Made by a program: the position numbers and the translations under genes. From Azolla caroliniana (taxonomy: Eukaryota; Plantae; Polypodiophyta): a stretch of 8,254 nucleotides of DNA. Location: NCBI GenBank assembly GCA_043228905.1, contig JBHGNT010001453.1, forward strand, positions 1 to 8,254. The letters run 5' to 3'. The notes under the pieces were generated by a model that ran no database searches, was not told where the DNA came from, and worked only from the letters and a program-made list of their open reading frames with translations. This document shows positions 1-6,381 of the stretch, piece by piece; positions within the stretch are counted from its first letter, which is position 1, and every line of letters starts with the position of its first letter.

Positions 1-545
1 ATTACAATGGTGGTGTCCAAGCATTATGAAGTAAATCAAGAAACCAAGTCCCCAAACATTACAAGAAACAGATTTGTCACATGTTCAATAGAACTTCCCA
101 TTTTTTCCTCATGTCTCCCAGAGGTCATCAACATTGTAGGATAGGCTTACAGTAGGCTTTGTCAAAATGGTGTCATGGTCAACTGGTTACATTCAACCCA
201 TTTAAAAACAAGCAAACACACATGGCCGTTAGCCAGGGATCGAATGAATATTCACATATTCGAAAGAGTGCATCATTTATCTCATGTTCCCCAAGAGTGT
301 TCAGCATAACGTCAAGGCAACGGTCAATTGCATCCATGGTTATGTGCAGTTCCCTAGCTAGGGCATATGCCCCGCCTTGCCTCCGGAGCATGTTCCCTAC
401 CAGGGGCATTCCCTTGCAAGGACATATGCTCTGTCTTACCATAATAGTCAGAATTGTCGAAGAGCCCTTGTGAATAAAGCCTTTGTGCATGAGTGCGCGT
501 GTGTATGCGAGAGAGAGGAAGAGAGAGAGAGAGAGAGCTCTTCAC
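1..545 (-). other. Intron 2 of the hydrolase gene (runs beyond the left edge)
   Basis: GT donor at 545-544 followed by a CT microsatellite. I found no continuation of the esterase (no GxSxG nucleophile motif) in 1-545. Confidence 0.7.
509..537. repeat. Interrupted (GA)n/(CT)n microsatellite
   Basis: gagagagag-gaa-gagagagagagagagag, just inside the intron 2 donor. Confidence 0.95.
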
Positions 546-753
546 CTCAGGGAACAAGGTATACTGTAGGATGAGGGTGATGACTCCATGACTAGCCAGA
601 GAAACACCCAAATTCGAGAACAACTCTTTGCTACCGGTCGCCCAAATCCCACCGTGAACAAAGACGACGACAGGACGACTGCCATTGGATCCATTGGTCT
701 CAGCTAACACAGCCTCTTCCACGGGGGCTTCAGCCGGCAAGTACACATCTAGC
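546..753 (-). CDS. Coding exon 2 of the ICME-like hydrolase (oxyanion-hole motif)
   Basis: Encodes LDVYLPAE...RPVVVFVHGGIWATGSKELFSNLGVSLASHGVITLILQYTLFPE, matching the PVVVFxHGGxW..G.K ... Y..FP pattern of HSL/ICME-type esterases. Ends at GAG|GTGAAG (phase 0). The catalytic GxSxG exon is not in the window. Confidence 0.9.
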
Positions 754-960
754 CTAAAGTTTAACAAATAAGATACACACATCACATGTATGTGTATTTA
801 TGCATATGTACATATATCTACATATATATATATATATATAGATGCATATGTATATGTATGTATATGTTTATGCATATGCATATGCAACTGGATATGTATA
901 TGTAAGTGTATGTGTATGTGCATGTGAATGTGAATGTATATGTGTAATATATGTACTTAC
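754..960 (-). other. Intron 1 of the hydrolase gene (207 nt, GT-AG, phase 2)
   Basis: Donor GTAAGT at 960-955 and acceptor ...AACTTTAG at 761-754. Splicing gives CT+G = Leu and the continuous reading RNLLDVYLP. Confidence 0.9.
773..956. repeat. Compound (TA)n / ATATGT-like alternating purine-pyrimidine microsatellite
   Basis: Pure (AT)n core at about 822-840, flanked by degenerate atatgt/atatgc/gtatgt hexamers. It fills most of intron 1. Confidence 0.95.
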
Positions 961-1292
961 AGATTCCGTTTGGCTTTACCATAGCGAATATTCCGATCCA
1001 CACAAACTCTGTTTCCAGATCGGACACGCGGGCGGCGAGATAAGGCTTCGGGATGTCCTCCAGATGGCGACACGTGGCAGGATGTGGGATCTGATCGGGC
1101 GGCTGCAGGGAGAGATGAGTAGAGGAGGAGCGATCGGGAGACGGACGGCAGGAAGGCGAGGAAGCCAAAGATCTCCGTGAAGAAGAGATAGGCGAGGCTG
1201 GTGGCGAGGCGGGCTTTCGGCCACACGCCACGTGTCCTGCGCACGTGCGACGCGCCGCCGCCGACGGCCACCAGCAGCATGGCCAGCGCCAT
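961..1292 (-). CDS. Coding exon 1 (probable) of an ICME-like / HSL-family alpha/beta hydrolase
   Basis: ATG at 1292-1290 opens a GC-rich frame MALAMLLVAVGGG...VCVDRNIRYGKAKRN(L). It ends at a consensus donor CT|GTAAGT (intron starts at 960). 'RNIRYG...RN.LDVY.P' is the typical beta-strand start of ICME/AFMID-like esterases. The exact start is uncertain: there is a second ATG at 1280, and the frame stays open to 1352. Confidence 0.85.
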
Positions 1293-1454
1293 ACTTACGC
1301 CGCCGGCCCCTTCAAAACAGCAGCTGCCCACCAGGGAAAGTCCCCCCCCGCACTAAAAATGAACCCACTTTTGACGAAGACGAAGGAAACATCCACATAA
1401 CATATTTTGCTCATAACTGAAAATGTGTCCACCAAAGGCTTCTTATCCACACCT

Positions 1455-1468
1455 CCCCCCCCCCCCCC
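1455..1468. repeat. Poly-C tract (C14)
   Basis: Direct count. Confidence 0.95.
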
Positions 1469-1589
1469 TTTGGAATTTGGATGTTTGTCTGAGCGTCTTG
1501 ATATACATATTCATATGTATACCCCCTCACCAAGTGTAGACCTGCCTAGTTTGCCTCCAATGATCAATCCAACTTGTAGCCTCCGTGAA

Positions 1590-1607
1590 CCCCCCCCCCC
1601 CCCCCCC
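1590..1607. repeat. Poly-C tract (C18)
   Basis: Direct count. Confidence 0.95.
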
Positions 1608-1663
1608 TCATCTACTTCAATCCAGCTTATGCATAAGCGTATCCCCTCATCTACTTCAATCCA
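1604..1663. repeat. Exact 21-bp direct repeat with a palindromic spacer
   Basis: cccctcatctacttcaatcca at 1604-1624 and 1643-1663. The spacer contains the perfect palindrome gcttatgcataagc (1625-1638). Confidence 0.9.
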
Positions 1664-2480
1664 ACCATGAAAACAACCTTCTCCACTTTTCACCTATCAC
1701 ATGCATGCGCATCCCTTATAGGCAATCGGCTAACCATGAATCTAAATGACGGGAGAGGTGGAGTTGACAAAACGTTCTCAAAGCTCATCACACGAGTTGA
1801 CTTACTCAAAGGAAAGGTCGTCCTAACCTGCACTCATGGCTCAATTAGTTCGTCGATCTAGTAAATACAAACACGAGATGATACTCAATGTCATATATTG
1901 TGAAGGGTTGATTGATTGTCATACTCTCGAGATGTTGAATTGAGCAATTGGCCATGTAAAATTTCACCTCTTCCTAGCCCATCTTGGAACTACCCCATTG
2001 CTCCCAACAATTTTACTTTAAACATTAACTACCCCTAGGTATCAAGTATCACAAGATTGGCCACACCATTTACCTTTCTAAGTGTGAAACTAATATTGTC
2101 AGCTTGAAAAGGTGTTGCAACGCATGCGACTAGCCGTAATCGGGACTGCTACATATGTTTTTGTTTGGTGGGATCATATAAATTGTGGATGAACCAATTC
2201 ATAAGTTTTTCATCAATAACTATCTTTTCATTGTCATCACCTTAATTGTGTAGGCTTTAAGTATAGTGTGTATAGACTTTGTTGCTTTCATTTGCTTCTT
2301 GTTCGAGGGAGAAAAGTTGGTTGAGGTAAAACATTGTTCATTGACACAAATGAAGTCATTATAGACTTCATCTAGAATCTAGTGGAATCAAACTCCAACT
2401 TGGTCCTTTAAGGCAATGCCAGAAGTACCAACTCTCGTCCCAATTGAGAGTAGTTCATAAGCTTGCACAATTTGTTAAAA

Positions 2481-2583
2481 CCATTCTATATGGTCATAAG
2501 CATCAACCGAACCCGTAAAGCATGGTAAAGCTTGCTTATTTGGGTCGGTTTGTGTTTATCATTCACATGACCATAAAGAGTGG
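2481..2583. repeat. Imperfect ~100-bp fold-back inverted repeat (MITE-like or hairpin RNA)
   Basis: Outer arms 2481-2497 and 2567-2583 match 15/17. Inner arms 2498-2522 and 2533-2557 match 17/25. There is a 9-nt bulge and a 10-nt loop. Confidence 0.75.
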
Positions 2584-3049
2584 GTGGAACCCCACTCTCA
2601 GCACACTGAAGTCAAAAGTGTTCGGAATATAAGCTACATAGTGGAAACAATTTTGATCAAGCATGTCATCAATGTGTTGTAGATATTATGTGCTCAGGTT
2701 ACTAGTGGAGTCCTAATGGTAGCTCCTCGTGGCAAGTAGAAGTGTTAACAAAGTAGATTTCGAGTACTCGTGGTGTCTATGAATATGGTAGTACATATTT
2801 GGTATCCAAAAACCTTAGCTATTTGCTCAACCAACCTTTATGGATACTAATAGGCTACTTTAGACGATGCGCACTCTTTTAGGATGTTTTGGATCATGAC
2901 TACAATTTTTGTGTTTATCGTTAGTTAGTTGGCATGACCAAATATCGATATCTTGTTTAAGGCTTTGAGTTCAAGGATTGCATCTATAGTTATTTAGTGT
3001 GCATGAGATAATCTAAGGTTACTTTTGGCCAACTTTTAAAAAAAGAACA

Positions 3050-3107
3050 ATATCAACCAGTACATCCATTCTCAGAAGAAATAGAGAATGGATATACTAG
3101 TTGATAT
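3050..3107. repeat. 24-bp inverted repeat with a 10-nt loop
   Basis: atatcaaccagtacatccattctc (3050-3073) against the reverse complement of 3084-3107, atatcaactagtatatccattctc: 22/24 identical. Confidence 0.9.
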
Positions 3108-3345
3108 GGTCCAATAATTGTTGTTTAGGTTTATATTTTAAACTAAAGTCCTACACCATTGTCTTTTTATAGTTGGGCGGTGGAGGAGGCACACTATGTA
3201 CACTTTCTAAAGGTTCTTATGAGCCTCAAAAACCAAATCAATCCATGAACCTATTAGTAGACATGGTTATCTTAGTATAGGTTTGATTTGTGGGACACAT
3301 GCCAGGAATTGTACATGAGAATCCTACACAATGTGACACGTTTGA

Positions 3346-3436
3346 TGTGTGTGTGTGTGTGTGTGTAAATGTGCATACACGTACTTACATATGTATGTAG
3401 AGAGAGAGTGTGTGTGAGTGAGTGAATGTGTGTGTG
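3346..3436. repeat. Compound (TG)n/(AG)n microsatellite
   Basis: (TG)10 at 3346-3365, then RY-alternating, (AG)n, (TG)n and (GAGT)n stretches. Confidence 0.9.
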
Positions 3437-3895
3437 TTAATTTACCATGTTGACAATTGTGTGATTATTTTCAACCAATTAACAATCTCACATATCGTCT
3501 TACTAGATGCAAATTAATTACACATTAGTAATGTGTCTTTAAAAAATGTCGAAGCCCTTAGTGAAGTTGGCAATTACAATCACAACTCTTAAGATAAAAA
3601 AAGCTTATATTATTGACAACAAAATAAAATGACATGCTGATATTTCTTTAGAAAAAATCCAATGAGACGCCAGTAGGTCAGCATATTGTCTCAAAGAAAT
3701 AACACATTATGAGTGAACGCATTCTCAATTGACCCATGCTCAATGGTCAATGACGATCAAATGGAAATTTCCTCCAACATAGTCTTCAAAGTTATAATTT
3801 CAGGGGTTTGCTATGGCAATTACAGCCTTGTCCTTTCAAATAATTTCCTTGGCTTCCTTTTGTTTTCTGCACATCAATCAACGTAGACAAATCTA

Positions 3896-4076
3896 AAAAA
3901 CAATATAATAGTTAGTAGCAAAAATGTTGATGCAAGTTGTAATGTTCAAGTTTACATATAATATACAACAATGCAAACAAACTCATGAATAACATCTCAA
4001 AGCAAAAATAATATAATAATTTGTAGCACAGTACTTGATGTGGAAACTTGTCATAAGAGTTTATGTCCATAACACT
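3896..4076. repeat. Degenerate tandem duplication, period ~108 bp
   Basis: aaaaacaatataatagttagtagca (3896) against aaaaataatataataatttgtagca (4004): 22/25. Similarity continues through ttgatg...ttgt.at...agttta. Confidence 0.6.
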
Positions 4077-5454
4077 AATTGTATATATTGTGATTAATTA
4101 GCCTGTAAAATAGAGGAGGGAGGAAAAATCAACAATCTATGCACATTGACATGAGTATCATGACACCTTTTATAAAATCAAGGGTTAAATGTAAACAAAT
4201 AAGATAGGAATACACGATTGGATGAGCCATGTAAGTGACCGTAGCCTTTAAGAATCAATATGACTAGATGTTTCTACCAACGACATCTACACATGAGAGA
4301 AGTTGTTTTTCATCCTAAGATACCATAACGTTTTTGCCTCCAAACCAAACCAAAATGCAATGGTCTTGCTTGAAGTGCAATATCATATATATGTATACCC
4401 ACATACATATATGGAAGATTATGTCATCAAGAAAATAAACATAAATAATTACAACGTACATTGTTTTTCTAGAGTTTATCCAAATATGGCTTTATGTACA
4501 CGAATAAAAAAAAGTATGCTTGGTTATTCATACAATTGCTTGGGTCACATCCTAATCAAACGAGAACTGAGACTAGCACATGATTAAAGTATTTTAAAAG
4601 AGACGCAATGCCAATTTCAAGTTCTAATTATGAGTGTGACCGATAAGTTAAGGTAATTATAATTTGTCATACTTCCTAATTAGCTACAAATAAATAAGTA
4701 TATATCATAATTAAAGAAATTTGTTTTGTAATGATTACTTGAAGGTATTTTTATATCATTGATATGGAATGTCTTGGGATCACAAGCCTCCACTTTGATC
4801 GATGCCTATCCATAAATTTACAGGTAAGCACACATCCTTTTCTTACGATATTTCCCACCTGTTTGTTTCCATCTCTCTCCGATCTCCGGGTAGCATCATT
4901 GTGTGCATGCATCAAACATATGGTCATACTCAATGCCTATATGGGCATTTAGTTGTGTCTAGTGAACAACAAATGGACATATCAACACTAGTCATCAAAT
5001 ACATTTGGCAGGTTTAGGGCCCCCTCAATCTCTACCCTGTCCACACTTCTTCGTTGGATTACAGATGCAGTCAAAAAGTCGAAAGAAATAGTTAAGCTTA
5101 TGATTCTCTTGATACGGACACCGCCCAATTCTCGACATAGACATGCAGAAGCAACTGAAGGGAGAACCGTCATTAGGCCATTCCAAAGGTGCCGTAGCCA
5201 AATATCATTAATCCACTGACCGGCACAAACATTAAGAAAGTGGGAAGGTCGACGGAAACGATTAGCGGATGAATAATGATCAAGTTAATGAAGGATTAAC
5301 GAATGGATTAGGTAGGCGAGGAAGGATCCTGGATTAGGAGAGTGAATAAAGTGAACTGATTATGAGGAAATGGCAATTGTTTTATTTTTGCTTGACCAAA
5401 CCAAAACGCAAAAAAGCAAAAGAACGCCTTTTCGCACGCGTTCTAAAATTCAAT

Positions 5455-5877
5455 TCAATTCTTCTTCTTACTTCTTACTTCTTCCTCGTCTTCTTCTTCT
5501 TCTTCTTCTACGCTTCGGACACTCAGGAAGCGACGGGCAGTGGCGACCATTTCTCTGCTTTTTCTAGGGTTTCTCCACTCCTCCCCGTCTATTATTTGCT
5601 CCCTTGTCTGTGCTTCTCCGTCGAATCCCTGTTTCTGTTTCTGCTTCTGCTTCAATCAAATCACTCATTCATTAAGCAGATTTCTTCTGCCTTACATATT
5701 CAATCCATTCGTTCCTCCCTTCGTCGTTCTTCCGCCTACATCGTCATTCGTTCGTTCGTTCGTTCATCGTCATCCTTATCCATCGTTCTTCGTTCTTAGT
5801 TCTTCATCTCCATATCCATCTTCGTCCTTCTCCTCCGAAACTCCTTCATTTTTGATTGAAGGAAGCTGCTTCAGCTC
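5455..5877 (+). promoter_or_regulatory. Pyrimidine-rich core promoter / 5' UTR of the plus-strand gene, with (CTT)n and (TTCG)4 repeats
   Basis: (CTT)n at about 5459-5509 and (TTCG)4 at 5747-5762. Strong C/T skew and no ATG until 5878, as in a typical plant Y-patch and leader. The transcription start is not determinable. Confidence 0.6.
5565..5572 (-). promoter_or_regulatory. Telo-box (AAACCCTA)
   Basis: TAGGGTTT on the plus strand within the putative 5' region. This is a known plant cis-element, but an 8-mer can occur by chance. Confidence 0.45.
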
Positions 5878-6381
5878 ATGTCACATCAGCTAGCCGCATC
5901 AGATTATAGTCCTAATTTCCATAGAAATGGCCCTCCTCCACCTCCTCTTTCGACCTACGACCCAAGAAGAACAGATCATTTCAGCTATGGCGGAAAAAAT
6001 GAAGGATTAAACCATACGACAAACAATCATCATCATCATCATCATCATCTTCCTCTTAACCAAACAACACCTATAAATACCTCACCCACCACTTCTTCAT
6101 TCTACAACAATACGAGATCTTCTATGCAACTTCATCAGTACCATCATCTTCGAAGTAATAATGTTGCTGCCTTACCATCATCGTCATCATCAGAAGATTC
6201 TACTCTTCTTCAGAAATCCTCTGCTTTATCTGATGCTCTTGCAGATCTGGAGATGGCGAGGTCTAATGGTAGACCTAGACACACCATTCCTCCTTCTCCT
6301 CCCGACAGAGAAGTTGTTGTTCAGGCCATTGAAGTTGCTTCTTCTGTCCTCAGAGATCAAGCTTCGGCTTTGAGAGATCAG
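5878..6381 (+). CDS. First coding exon (168 codons) of an unidentified protein with a disordered His/Ser/Pro/Asn-rich N-terminus
   Basis: First ATG after a long CT-rich leader. Long open frame with plant-like low-complexity content, ending in an amphipathic helix-like segment (EVVVQAIEVASSVLRDQASALRDQ) at the donor CAG|GTGCGT. The sequence then turns abruptly T-rich. Confidence 0.8.
6028..6048 (+). repeat. Coding (CAT)7 repeat encoding His7
   Basis: Direct count, in frame with the ATG at 5878. Confidence 0.95.

Noticed and set aside
159-574. ORFs 159-473 (+), 179-490 (-) and 377-574 (+)
   Set aside because: They lie mostly in intron 2, have no recognisable motifs and do not continue the esterase fold (no GxSxG).
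354-785. ORF 354-785 as a complete single-exon gene
   Set aside because: Only 753-546 is esterase-like. The flanks are intron read-through (SLSLSL from the CT repeat), bounded by good splice sites.
818-1231. ORFs 818-1231, 842-1180 and 976-1224
   Set aside because: Shadow frames of the GC-rich exon plus microsatellite translation (YTYTY, MYMY).
1604-1663. CRISPR-like repeat-spacer-repeat
   Set aside because: Only two exact copies, an 18-bp spacer, eukaryotic intron-containing context and no cas genes.
3520-3536. Short palindrome acacatta-g-taatgtgt (also 7-bp stems near 3728-3751 and 4265-4289)
   Set aside because: Short stems in very AT-rich DNA are compatible with chance.
4769-4792. MSWDHKPP resembling the PP2C 'DHKP' motif
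   Set aside because: A four-residue match followed shortly by a stop, with no other PP2C motifs nearby.
5362-5893. ORFs 5362-5799, 5540-5893 and 5455-5655
   Set aside because: F/S/L-rich or E/K-rich translations arise from the stop-poor pyrimidine leader. 5362-5799 is in frame with 5878 but ends at TAG 5797-5799.
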